64,000 nucleotides of DNA from Actinomycetota bacterium (GTDB taxonomy: Bacteria; Actinomycetota; Thermoleophilia; UBA2241): the NCBI GenBank assembly GCA_012514235.1, contig JAAZAR010000140.1:9414-73413 (forward strand), given 5' to 3'. A program made the translations under genes and the position numbers. Shown piece by piece: positions 47,210-56,190 of this stretch. Each line of letters begins with the position of its first letter. Positions within the stretch are counted from its first letter, which is position 1. Under the pieces are notes generated by a model. The model was not told the origin of the DNA. It saw only the letters and a list, made by a program, of their open reading frames with translations, and did not search any database.

Positions 47210-47308
47210 ACGAGGGCTCCGGCCGTCCCGACGAGCCATCACCCGGCCCCTGCGGGGCCGTGCCAGCACCGGGGAACACCCCGGCCAGACGACAGACAAG
47301 GAGGAACG

Positions 47309-47908
47309 ATGGCGTTCGAACTGCCGCCGCTCCCGTGGGCGGAAGACGCACTTGAGCCTGCCTATTCCGCGCGCACGGTCAGCTTCCACTACGGCAAGCA
47401 CCACAAGGCGTACGTCGACACGCTCAACAAGCTGGTGGCCGGCACAGACCTCGAAGGCAAGAGCCTCGAGGACGTGATCATGGCCGTGGCCGGCAAGCCG
47501 GAGAAGCAGGCGGTGTTCAACAATGCGGCGCAGGTGTGGAACCACACCTTCTTCTGGAACTGCATGAAGCCGAACGGCGGCGGTGCCCCGTCGGGCGCCA
47601 TCGCCGAGCGGATCGAGGGCATGGGCGGGTACGAGAAGTTCGTCGAGGACTTCAAGGCCACGGCCGTCGGCCGCTTCGGGTCGGGCTGGGCGTGGCTCGT
47701 CCTGGACAACGGCGAGTGCAAGCTGGTCAGCACGCCCAACGCCGAGATGCCGGCGGCGCCGGGCGTCACGCCGCTGCTCGTGGTCGACGTATGGGAGCAC
47801 GCCTACTACCTCGACTACCAGAACCTGCGGCCGGCGTTCGTGCAGGCCTTCTTCGACAGTCTCGTCAACTGGGACTTCGCGAACGAGAACCTGGCGAAGG
47901 CCGGCTGA
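47309..47908 (+). CDS. sod: Fe/Mn-family superoxide dismutase
   Basis: FELPPLPW..DALEP..S..T..FHYGKHH..YV..LN; FNNAAQVWNHTFFW; DVWEHAYYLDYQN.R. AAGGAGGA upstream. Confidence 0.94.
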   Translation: MAFELPPLPWAEDALEPAYSARTVSFHYGKHHKAYVDTLNKLVAGTDLEGKSLEDVIMAVAGKPEKQAVFNNAAQVWNHTFFWNCMKPNGGGAPSGAIAERIEGMGGYEKFVEDFKATAVGRFGSGWAWLVLDNGECKLVSTPNAEMPAAPGVTPLLVVDVWEHAYYLDYQNLRPAFVQAFFDSLVNWDFANENLAKAG

Positions 47909-47964
47909 CGCCGGCCTGACGGAGACCGCCGCCGGCCGAGGGACGAGGCCGGCGGCGCGGACGG

Positions 47965-48009
47965 GCCGCGAGGGGCGGCGGGTGCCGGGCACCCGCCGCC
48001 CCTCGCGGC
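47965..48009 (+). terminator. Strong hairpin (about 21-bp stem) downstream of sod
   Basis: GCCGCGAGGGGCGGCGGGTGCC g GGCACCCGCCGCCCCTCGCGGC. Confidence 0.75.
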
Positions 48010-48104
48010 TGTCGAGCGTCCGTTCGCATCTCTTCGTATGAGGCTCGGAGGAGTGTAGACTGCGGCGAGGCCGCCTGGTAGGGGCGGCGACCAAGGAGGG
48101 GTCC

Positions 48105-50693
48105 ATGGTCTACCGTGTCCGCTTCGCCCTGCTCGCCGTGCTCTGCGCGGCCGTGCTCGCCGCAATCGCCGCCGCGCCCGCGGCGGCGGGCTCGACTCAC
48201 TGGACCTGGCAGTCGTCATCCAACGGAGACCTGTGGGACGTCAGCTTCGTCGGCGACGTGGGGTGGGCCGTCGACGGCGGCGACCACGTCTTGCACACGG
48301 TCGACGGCGGCCTCACCTGGAGCAAGCTTCCGACCGGCGAGGACGACGCGCTCTACGGCGTCCAGTTCGTCAGCCCCGCCGAGGGCTGGGTCGTCGGCGA
48401 ATGGGGCGCCGTCCTGCACACCACGGACGGAGGCGTCACCTGGGAGCGGCAGGCGAGTCGCAGCATCAGCTCGCTGTACGACATCGAGTTCATCGACGCC
48501 GACCACGGCTGGGCCCTGGGTCTGGACACGCTGCTCGCGACGACGGACGGCGGGGCGACGTGGAAGCTTCAGCTCGGCGAGGGGTCCCTCATGGATTGGG
48601 ATTGGTTCTGGCCCGAGGCGATGATGTACGGGGTCGCGTTCGCCGATGCGCAGCACGGGTGCGTGGTCGGCATCCGTGAGCAGGCCCGCCAGGAGGAGGA
48701 CTACGCCGGCGTGGCGTGGAGCACGAGCGACGGCGGTGCCACGTGGACCGAGACGCGGGTGAGTGGGGTCTCCTCGCTCTACGCGGTCACGGTGTACGAC
48801 GGCATGTACTGGGCTGCGGGGGGCGACAACACCATCGCCCACAGCCCAGACGGCGTGCACTGGACGCGCGACACCATGGCGGCTCCGGTCTACCTCACCG
48901 GTATCGCCATGACGTCGGCCGGTGGTTGGGCTGTGGGCTACGGCGAGTCCGACGACTGGTTCTCGGACTCGTACCTGGAGGCCGCGATCGTCCTCCGCTC
49001 CGGCGACGGCGGCGCGACTTGGGAGCCGGTCGTCGACCCGCTGTTCGACATCGATCCGCCGCTGTCGGTGCGGTTCGAGAGCACGGCCCACGGCCGCATG
49101 CTCGCGGAGTCGGGCACCATGTACGTCACCGACGACGGCGGAGACAGCTGGTCGGTCGTCGGAGAGAAGCCCATGCCGGCAGTCGCCTTCGAGGCCATCA
49201 CCCAGGCCCCTGATGGGATGGTGTGGGCGGTCGGGAACACGGGCGACGACGACGGCGACGAAGGCGGCACCGGCGTCGTCTGGCGGTCCGCCGACAGCGG
49301 CGCGACGTGGGAGCCCCTGGATCACCCGCTCTTCGATGTCGCCGGGTTCACGCAGGTGGTCGCGGCCGCGGGCGGTGAGGCCTGGGTGGCCGGCGACGGC
49401 GGGCGCATCCTGCACACGACCGACGCCGGCCAGACGTGGCGTCGGCAGCCGACCGGCGTCGGCTCCTCGTTCACCGGCCTCGCGTTCAGCGACGCGGAGC
49501 ACGGGTGGGCGGTGAGTCCCGGCCTGCGGGGCACGGTGCTCAGGACCTCCGACGGCGGGGACCACTGGCAGCTGACGAAGGTCGGCGACCGGGAGCGCTA
49601 CTTCACCGTGCTCGCCTCCGCCGCCGACGTCTGGCTGGGAGGCATGGCCTATCGCAGCGACTGCGAGGAAGAGGGACCAGGGCTCGTCGCGCACAGCACC
49701 GACGGCGGCGCGACCTGGACGACGGTCCCGGCTGGGCCGCGCGCCGTCCTGCGTCTCGCCATGCCCGGCGGGGGTCAGGGGTGGGCCGTGTCCGGGCCCT
49801 CGTACTGGTGGGACGCCGGGGGCGTCCTCCTCCACACCACGGACGATGGGGCGACCTGGACCCAGACCAAGGCGGGTCCCAAGGGCACCGTGCGGCGGGT
49901 CCTCGACGTGTTCTTCGCCGACCCCCTGGAGGGCTGGGCGCTGGCCATCTCCGGCGACTACGAGCAGACGCTGGTCCTGCACACGGTGGACGGCGGCGCC
50001 CACTGGGGCGCCGTGCGGATAGACGATGCGCGGGACCTCCGCACGATCTGGTTCTCCGGACGAGACGACGGCTGGGTGGCCGGCCGCAACGCGATCCTGG
50101 CCACCACGGACGGCGGCGGCATCGCCCCCATGAGCGTCTGCAACGCGATGTGGGGGCCCAAGTGGGTCAGGAAGGCCTTCACGTTCAAGGTCGAGACGGC
50201 GGATGACGGGCTCGGACTCGCGCCGACGCAGACGCGACTGGGAGACGGTCCCTGGGAGGACGCCGCAAAGCGGACGATCAGGGCGCCGCGCAGCCATGCC
50301 AACGACGGCTACCACCTCATCAGGTACAGGGGCGTCGATCTGGCCGGCAACCGTGAAGAAGTGAACGCCGCGCCCGTCGTGGTCGACACGCGGCCGCCCC
50401 GGCTGGTCACGCGCGACCGCGCCAGGGCGCGCGCCATGCGCCGGGGCACCCTGCGCCTCAAGGTACACGACGCCCTGTCGCCGGCAGTGCGAGTGACCAT
50501 CGACGTGTTCGACAAGGCCGGCAAGCGCCTGCGCCGGGCGCGGGCGATGGCTCCGACAGACGGCGTCTGGCACGCCGTCCGCTACAACGCGGCGTATCCT
50601 GCCGGGAAGTACCGTATGGTGGTCCGCGTGTCGGACTATGCGGGCAACCGCTGCGAACGTCCGCGGACCCTGGTCCTCACCGTCCGCAAGTGA
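48105..50693 (+). CDS. Secreted multi-blade beta-propeller protein with about 12 BNR/Asp-box repeats (Ycf48/sortilin-like) and C-terminal Ig-like region
   Basis: Signal peptide VRFALLAVLCAAVLAAIAAAPAAAG. Repeated [ST]-D-G-G-x-T-W boxes (TVDGGLTW, TTDGGVTW, TTDGGATW, STSDGGATW, ...). AAGGAGG upstream and TAGACT at 48056-48061. Confidence 0.85.
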   Translation: MVYRVRFALLAVLCAAVLAAIAAAPAAAGSTHWTWQSSSNGDLWDVSFVGDVGWAVDGGDHVLHTVDGGLTWSKLPTGEDDALYGVQFVSPAEGWVVGEWGAVLHTTDGGVTWERQASRSISSLYDIEFIDADHGWALGLDTLLATTDGGATWKLQLGEGSLMDWDWFWPEAMMYGVAFADAQHGCVVGIREQARQEEDYAGVAWSTSDGGATWTETRVSGVSSLYAVTVYDGMYWAAGGDNTIAHSPDGVHWTRDTMAAPVYLTGIAMTSAGGWAVGYGESDDWFSDSYLEAAIVLRSGDGGATWEPVVDPLFDIDPPLSVRFESTAHGRMLAESGTMYVTDDGGDSWSVVGEKPMPAVAFEAITQAPDGMVWAVGNTGDDDGDEGGTGVVWRSADSGATWEPLDHPLFDVAGFTQVVAAAGGEAWVAGDGGRILHTTDAGQTWRRQPTGVGSSFTGLAFSDAEHGWAVSPGLRGTVLRTSDGGDHWQLTKVGDRERYFTVLASAADVWLGGMAYRSDCEEEGPGLVAHSTDGGATWTTVPAGPRAVLRLAMPGGGQGWAVSGPSYWWDAGGVLLHTTDDGATWTQTKAGPKGTVRRVLDVFFADPLEGWALAISGDYEQTLVLHTVDGGAHWGAVRIDDARDLRTIWFSGRDDGWVAGRNAILATTDGGGIAPMSVCNAMWGPKWVRKAFTFKVETADDGLGLAPTQTRLGDGPWEDAAKRTIRAPRSHANDGYHLIRYRGVDLAGNREEVNAAPVVVDTRPPRLVTRDRARARAMRRGTLRLKVHDALSPAVRVTIDVFDKAGKRLRRARAMAPTDGVWHAVRYNAAYPAGKYRMVVRVSDYAGNRCERPRTLVLTVRK

Positions 50694-50697
50694 ACCG

Positions 50698-50731
50698 GAG
50701 GGCGGCGGGTGCGCATGCACCCGCCGCCCTC
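50698..50731. terminator. Bidirectional hairpin (15-bp stem) between convergent genes
   Basis: GAGGGCGGCGGGTGC gcat GCACCCGCCGCCCTC. Confidence 0.7.
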
Positions 50732-50748
50732 TTCGCGTACGGGCGGCG

Positions 50749-51900
50749 TCAGTCGCCTTGGCCGCCGGCCGGGTCGAGGCCCCCGTCCCGGCCGGTCTCG
50801 TCGCCCGTGCCCGGGCCCTCCGCCCGGCCGCGCTTGCCGACCGGGCCGCGACCGGCCCCTTCGCCGAGGCCACCGGACGGACCTGCCGCCCGAAGCCCGG
50901 CCAGCCCATCCAGCGGGAACGGCGGCGCCGAGAGCGGCCTCGCCGCCAGCGAGAGCAGCAGCGCCTCGTTGTCGTCACCGGCGATGCGGTTGCTGCTCAG
51001 GCGCCCGCAGGTGCGACAGCGGTGGACGAGCGCCCACTCCCCACGGCCTCGCACCCACACGGTGACCGGATCCATCACGCAGCAGGCGGCGCGGTCGCCC
51101 GGCACCTCGTCCAGGTGGAGGCTGTGCAGGCAGTGCGGGCAGTGGTTTCGGTGCCTGCTGCCGGCCGCGTCGGGCGGGACCGGCCGGCCGCAGTGCGCAC
51201 ACGTGAACTGACGGCCGGCTCCGGGGTCGGCCGGAGCGGGCTCCCCGTCGGCGGGGCGAGGGTCGTCGCCGTCCCCGCCGACCAGCTTGCGGTAGCTCAC
51301 GTACCGGCTGCGCGGGAGCCTGCCGTCCGCGACGGCGCGGCGGACGGCACAACCAGGCTCGTGCAGGTGCGTGCAATCGGCGAAGCGGCAGTCCGCGGCG
51401 TGGCGCCGCAGCTCAGCGAAGCCGGCGGCGACGGCGGCCGGGTCGGCGCCGTCGAGGCTGAAGCGGCGGATGCCCGGCGTGTCGATCACGCGGATGCCGC
51501 CGGGCAGCTCGTAGAGCGCCGAGGCGGTCGTCGTATGGCGGCCGCGGCCGTCGCCGGCGCGTACCGCGCCGGTCCGTGCCGCGGCCTTCCCGCCGAGCGC
51601 GTTGAGCAGTGACGACTTGCCGACGCCGCTCTGGCCGACGAAGACACAGGTGTGGCCGGCGAGCGTCTCGCCGATCTCCCGCACGCCCTCGCCTCGCTCG
51701 ACGCTGCACGCCAGCACCGGCATGCCGAGTGACCTGTACGGCTGGAGTCGCGCCAACAGGTCGTGTCGGTCCCGCCCGTCGACGAGATCGATCTTGGTGA
51801 CGACCAGCACCGGATCGGCGCCGGACCGCTCGACGGCCACGAGGTAGCGGTCGATGAGGCGCGGATGCAGCGGCGGGGCTACCGCTGCGACCACGACCAC
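50749..51900 (-). CDS. RsgA/YjeQ-type circularly permuted GTPase lacking the N-terminal OB domain, fused to a C-terminal RNHCP zinc domain
   Basis: LVVTKIDL (G4), GQSGVGKSSLLNAL (G1), DTPG (G3), and the RsgA zinc knuckle CRFADCTHLHEPGC. Then FTCAHCGRPV...SRHRNHCPHCLHSLH...HRCRTCG, the RNHCP pattern. The frame is closed by TGA 11 codons upstream of GTG 51900. Confidence 0.75.
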   Translation of the reverse strand: MVVVAAVAPPLHPRLIDRYLVAVERSGADPVLVVTKIDLVDGRDRHDLLARLQPYRSLGMPVLACSVERGEGVREIGETLAGHTCVFVGQSGVGKSSLLNALGGKAAARTGAVRAGDGRGRHTTTASALYELPGGIRVIDTPGIRRFSLDGADPAAVAAGFAELRRHAADCRFADCTHLHEPGCAVRRAVADGRLPRSRYVSYRKLVGGDGDDPRPADGEPAPADPGAGRQFTCAHCGRPVPPDAAGSRHRNHCPHCLHSLHLDEVPGDRAACCVMDPVTVWVRGRGEWALVHRCRTCGRLSSNRIAGDDNEALLLSLAARPLSAPPFPLDGLAGLRAAGPSGGLGEGAGRGPVGKRGRAEGPGTGDETGRDGGLDPAGGQGD

Positions 51901-52049
51901 GACCAGGTCGACGTTGGCCCATGGGGTCCCTCAGTCGCCCGCGTCGACGGAAGACGTCATGGCCGGATGAGTGCCGACGTACTATCCTTCGTGCCAAGCG
52001 ACGCCGTCATCCGGTGACGTCGCGCGCTCAACCCAAGGAAGGTATCGCC

Positions 52050-52463
52050 ATGATCAAGGGATTCAGGGACTTCATCCTCCGCGGCAACGTCGTGGACCTG
52101 GCCGTGGCCGTCGTGATCGGCGCCGCGTTCGGCGCCGTGGTCACCTCGTTCGTGGAGAACCTCATCACGCCGCTCATTGCGGCGATCGTCGGAAAGCCCG
52201 ACTTCTCCGGCCTGGCCTTCACCATCAACGGAAGCCAGTTCCAGTACGGCCTCTTCATCAACGCCGTGGTCTCGTTCCTGCTCATCGCCGCCGCCATCTA
52301 TTTCGTCGTCGTCGTGCCCATGAACAAGATGGCGGAGCTGCGGGCGCGCGGCAAGGCGCCCGAGGACAGCTCAACCAAGCAGTGCCCGGAGTGCCTGAGC
52401 GAGATACCCTCCGGCGCCCACAGATGCGCCTTCTGCACGTCCGAGCAGCCGGCGGAGGCGTGA
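52050..52463 (+). CDS. mscL: Large-conductance mechanosensitive channel with C-terminal zinc-ribbon-like tail
   Basis: MIKGFRDFILRGNVVDLAVAVVIGAAFG.VV.SFV...ITPLI is the canonical MscL N-terminus. Tail CPECLSEIPSGAHRCAFC. AAGGAAGG upstream. Confidence 0.92.
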   Translation: MIKGFRDFILRGNVVDLAVAVVIGAAFGAVVTSFVENLITPLIAAIVGKPDFSGLAFTINGSQFQYGLFINAVVSFLLIAAAIYFVVVVPMNKMAELRARGKAPEDSSTKQCPECLSEIPSGAHRCAFCTSEQPAEA

Positions 52464-52593
52464 CGCTGCGAGGCTGATCGACGTAGCTCGTCGCGGTGGC
52501 GACGGCGCAGCCGACGGCCGGTGCCACCTGTGGTAGTCTGCGGGCTCGCTCGGCGCCGTGCCCGCGAGCCTGAACGACCGCAGGAGAGCGCGT

Positions 52594-54444
52594 ATGTCCC
52601 TACAACGGCTCGACCTCGACGACCGCCAGGCCGTCATGTACTCGGAGGGCGGCGTGTGCGCCGGCACGCAGGAGCTCGTCGAGAGCGCCGCCTTCGCCCG
52701 GGTCCTCGACCTGTACGTCGACCACCTCGAGTCGCACAACCCGCAGGTGCTCGACGAGCTCGGACTGGCCGCCGCCGCCTGGTCGGGACCGGGCGGGGCA
52801 GCCGCGGCCGATCAGGGCAAGGGCGACGCCGACCCGCGGCGCACCCGCCTGCTCGACCTCATCCGCCTGCTCGCCAACAACCCGCTCGAACGCGTGTCGG
52901 TCACGGCGTGCGCCCCGGGCGACCTGCTGGCGCGGCGCCGGCAGCTGCACGAGTTCGTCGAGGGACTGTACGACTTCTGGCGCCGCTGGGACCGGTTCCT
53001 CGTCCTGCGCGCGGAACAGCCGCCGGCCCCCGGCGACAAGCGCCCGCTGCGCGGCTTCACCGAGACCGTCGAGTCCCTGGCGCGGCTGGTTCGCGCCCTG
53101 TATCGCGACGTCGCCGAGAACATCACCGGCACCCGTCCGCGCGTGCTGCGCCAGGTCTCGGCCGGCGCCGAGGTCGGCGTGTTCGCGGTCAATCACAGAT
53201 GGCCGGTGCCGGCTCGCTACCGCGAGCTGCTCACCGGCGTCCCCTTCGTCCGGGACCTGCTGCTCTACCCGCCGCTGCTGCTCGATCCGCCGATGAACAC
53301 CCGCACCGGGCAGTTCGCGGAGGTCGACGAGAACCCGCTCGAGGGTCTGAAGCTGGAGCGCGAGGAGTGGCTCTGCTACCCGGCCCTCGTGGGGCGCACG
53401 ACGGTGTTCGTCTACTTCCACCGCCGCTTCATGGGCCTCGGGCTGAGCTTGGCCAACCTGTTCGAGGTGGCCTCGGACGAGGAGATCGCCGCCGGACCCG
53501 ACGCCGTGTACCTCTTCGGCGTCCCGCCGGCGTCGCTCGCCCGCTTCGGCGACCTGCCGACCGTGTTCCACGACGACCGCCGCAGCCGCCTGCTGGTGGC
53601 GGCGGTCCCGCTCGAGGACCGCTTCGGCTACTTCGGCTACCTCAAGAAGATGGTGCTCACGCTGCACAACGTCGCCGCCATGGACCGCGGCGTCATGCCC
53701 TTCCACGGCGCGTACGCCCGGCTGGTGCTCGACGACGGCAGCGCGGCGACCGTCCTCCTCATCGGCGACACCGCGACCGGCAAGAGCGAGACGCTCGAGG
53801 CGCTGCGCGTCGCCGGCGCCGGGCGCATCCGCGAGGTGCGCATCATCGCCGACGACATGGGTTCACTGGACGTCGGCTCCGGCGGCGAGCTGCTCGGGTT
53901 CGGCACCGAGATCGGCGCGTTCGTACGTCTCGACGACCTGCAGCAGGGCTACGCCTTCGGCCAGCTCGACCGCTCCATCATCATGAGCCCCAACAAGGTC
54001 AACGCCAGGGTGGTGCTCCCGGTCACCACGCTGGAGGACGTCCTGCGCGGCTACCCCGTGGACTTCCTCCTGTACGCCGACAACCACGAGGCGGTCGACG
54101 CGGAGCATCCGCTCGTCGACCGCTTCGCGGACGAGCAGGAGGCCCTGGCCGTGTTCCGCGACGGGGCCGCCATGAGCAAGGGGACGACCACGTCGACCGG
54201 CATCACCCACACGTACTTCGCCAACCCGTTCGGGCCGGCGCAGCGACGCGAGCAGCATGAGGCGCTGGCCGCGTCCACGTTCGCGGCGGCGTTCCGGGCC
54301 GGCGTGTTCGTCGGGCAGTTGCGGACGCAACTCGGACTGCCCGGGCAGGAGACCGCCGGCCCCGCCGCCGCCGCTCAAGCTCTGCTCGACCTCATCGCCG
54401 CGAAACGATGGGGCGGAGCTGATGGCGTTCCGCGATACGGGTAG
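52594..54444 (+). CDS. Large hypothetical protein with C-terminal HPr-kinase/PEPCK-like P-loop domain
   Basis: 616 aa from ATG 52594 with AGGAGA 6 nt upstream. The segment PFHGAYARLVLDDGSAATVLLIGDTATGKSETLEAL...IADDMG resembles the HprK/P core (HG...G.G.L..G.SG.GKSE.AL, .ADD). The N-terminal ~390 aa are unrecognised. TAG stop. Confidence 0.7.
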   Translation: MSLQRLDLDDRQAVMYSEGGVCAGTQELVESAAFARVLDLYVDHLESHNPQVLDELGLAAAAWSGPGGAAAADQGKGDADPRRTRLLDLIRLLANNPLERVSVTACAPGDLLARRRQLHEFVEGLYDFWRRWDRFLVLRAEQPPAPGDKRPLRGFTETVESLARLVRALYRDVAENITGTRPRVLRQVSAGAEVGVFAVNHRWPVPARYRELLTGVPFVRDLLLYPPLLLDPPMNTRTGQFAEVDENPLEGLKLEREEWLCYPALVGRTTVFVYFHRRFMGLGLSLANLFEVASDEEIAAGPDAVYLFGVPPASLARFGDLPTVFHDDRRSRLLVAAVPLEDRFGYFGYLKKMVLTLHNVAAMDRGVMPFHGAYARLVLDDGSAATVLLIGDTATGKSETLEALRVAGAGRIREVRIIADDMGSLDVGSGGELLGFGTEIGAFVRLDDLQQGYAFGQLDRSIIMSPNKVNARVVLPVTTLEDVLRGYPVDFLLYADNHEAVDAEHPLVDRFADEQEALAVFRDGAAMSKGTTTSTGITHTYFANPFGPAQRREQHEALAASTFAAAFRAGVFVGQLRTQLGLPGQETAGPAAAAQALLDLIAAKRWGGADGVPRYG

Positions 54445-54480
54445 CGTAGGTGCAAAGCGAGCGAGAGGAGCGGCGCGACC

Positions 54481-55353
54481 ATGACCACCCTGTACGAGTC
54501 CAACGAGCAGGCCTGGAAGCTCATCAACCGGGGCAAGGTCCGCGACGTCTACGAGTACGCGCCGAACCAGCTGCTCATCGTCGTGACCGACCGCCTGTCC
54601 GCCTTCGACGTCGTCCTGCCCACGCCGATCGCCGAGAAGGGCACCGTCCTCACGCAGATCTCCACCTTCTGGTTCGAGCAGACCGACGCGATCATCCCCA
54701 ACCACCTCGTGGACGCGGACCCGTTCAGCACCGACGAGGAACACAAGCACCTCGCCGGCCGGTCGGTGGTGGTGCACAGGGCGGAGGCGCTGCCGGTGGA
54801 AGCCATCGTGCGCGGCTACCTCACGGGGTCGGGACGCAGGGACTACGAGCGCACCGGCAAGGTCTGCGGCATCGACCTGCCGTCGGGCCTCGTCGAGGCC
54901 AGCCAGCTGCCCGAGCCGATCTACACGCCGTCGACCAAGGCCGCCATCGGGGACCACGACGAGAACATCTCGTTCGACGCGACCGTGGACCTGATCGGCC
55001 GGGAGATGGCGGAGAAGGTGCGCGACACGGCGCTGGAGCTGTACAGGTTCGGCGCCGGCTACGCGCTCGAGCGGGGCATCATCATCGCCGACACCAAGTT
55101 CGAGTTCGGCATCCTTGACGGGGAGCTCATCCTGATCGACGAGGCCATGACGCCGGACTCGTCGCGGTTCTGGCCGGCGGACGGCTACGAGCCGGGGAAG
55201 AGCCAGCCGAGTTTCGACAAGCAGTACGTCCGCGACTACCTCGAGACGCTCGACTGGGACAAGACCGCGCCCGGTCCCGAGCTGCCGCCGGAGGTGGCGG
55301 CGAAGACCTCCGAGAAGTACCTGGAGGCGTGGCGACGCCTGACGCAGTCGTGA
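54481..55353 (+). CDS. purC: Phosphoribosylaminoimidazole-succinocarboxamide (SAICAR) synthase
   Basis: [37 protein letters not shown], and [10 protein letters not shown]. Confidence 0.94.
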   Translation: MTTLYESNEQAWKLINRGKVRDVYEYAPNQLLIVVTDRLSAFDVVLPTPIAEKGTVLTQISTFWFEQTDAIIPNHLVDADPFSTDEEHKHLAGRSVVVHRAEALPVEAIVRGYLTGSGRRDYERTGKVCGIDLPSGLVEASQLPEPIYTPSTKAAIGDHDENISFDATVDLIGREMAEKVRDTALELYRFGAGYALERGIIIADTKFEFGILDGELILIDEAMTPDSSRFWPADGYEPGKSQPSFDKQYVRDYLETLDWDKTAPGPELPPEVAAKTSEKYLEAWRRLTQS

Positions 55354-56102
55354 CGTCGAGCAGGGGAGGAGGCTCGGGCGGCGGGCCCTTCGGGCCGCCC
55401 GAGCCCGACGTGCCGCAGGCGTCTCTTCACTGGGAGCGGCGGTACGCCGCGGACGAGAAGGTGTGGGGCGACGGTCCCAGCCCGCTCGCGCAGCTGACCG
55501 TCGCCCGCCTGCGCCCGTACGCCACCCCGGACCTGCGGCTGCTCGACGTCGGGTGCGGCTACGGCCGCGACACGCGCTTCCTCGCCCGCGAGCTCGGCTG
55601 CCGCGTGCTCGGCATCGACGGCTCGCCCGCCGCCATCGAGGCGGCCAGGCGCGAGCACGCCGACGCCGTCCGTCGTTCGGGCAAGGGCTCGCTCGCCGCC
55701 GAGTACCTGGCCGCGGACCTGGCCTCCTTCGCGGCCGACCCCGAGCATGCGGGCGCGTTCGACGTCGTCTTCGCCTGCAACGTCTACCACCTGCTGGGGC
55801 CGATCGGCCGCCGGGAGTTCGCGGCGGCGCTCGCCGCCGTCGCCCGGCCCGGCGGCCTCCTCTTCCTGAGCACACTCTCGCCTCGCGATCCGCAGCACTA
55901 CGCCAAGGGCGAGCCCGTCAGCGGCGAGGAACGCAGCTGGGTGGACAAGGTGTACCTGCACTTCTGCACGGCGGAGGAGCTCGAGCGCGACCTCGCCGCG
56001 TTCGAGGTGCTGGACCTCGAGGAGCGTGCATACGACGAGGCAAGGCCGGGCCTGCCCGTCCATCACCACACGAGCTGGTTCCTGGAGGGGCGCCGGCGGT
56101 GA
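55350..56102 (+). CDS. Class I SAM-dependent methyltransferase
   Basis: GTG 55350 overlaps the purC stop (GTGA). Motif [12 protein letters not shown], then [12 protein letters not shown]. Confidence 0.78.
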   Translation: MTSSRGGGSGGGPFGPPEPDVPQASLHWERRYAADEKVWGDGPSPLAQLTVARLRPYATPDLRLLDVGCGYGRDTRFLARELGCRVLGIDGSPAAIEAARREHADAVRRSGKGSLAAEYLAADLASFAADPEHAGAFDVVFACNVYHLLGPIGRREFAAALAAVARPGGLLFLSTLSPRDPQHYAKGEPVSGEERSWVDKVYLHFCTAEELERDLAAFEVLDLEERAYDEARPGLPVHHHTSWFLEGRRR

Positions 56103-56190
56103 GCCTGCGGCTCGCCGGCGCCGGCCGGCCAGCCTGGTCCCACCGTCGCGCCGGCTCGGCTTCAGCATGCCCGAGCGCGCCGGGCCGGCC

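Noticed and set aside
51901-51935. The in-frame TGA just upstream of the truncated rsgA, considered as a selenocysteine codon or read-through.
   Set aside because: The upstream in-frame sequence (YVGTHPAMTSSVDAGD) is short, is bounded by another stop (TAG), and does not resemble an OB domain. No SECIS-like hairpin follows the TGA.
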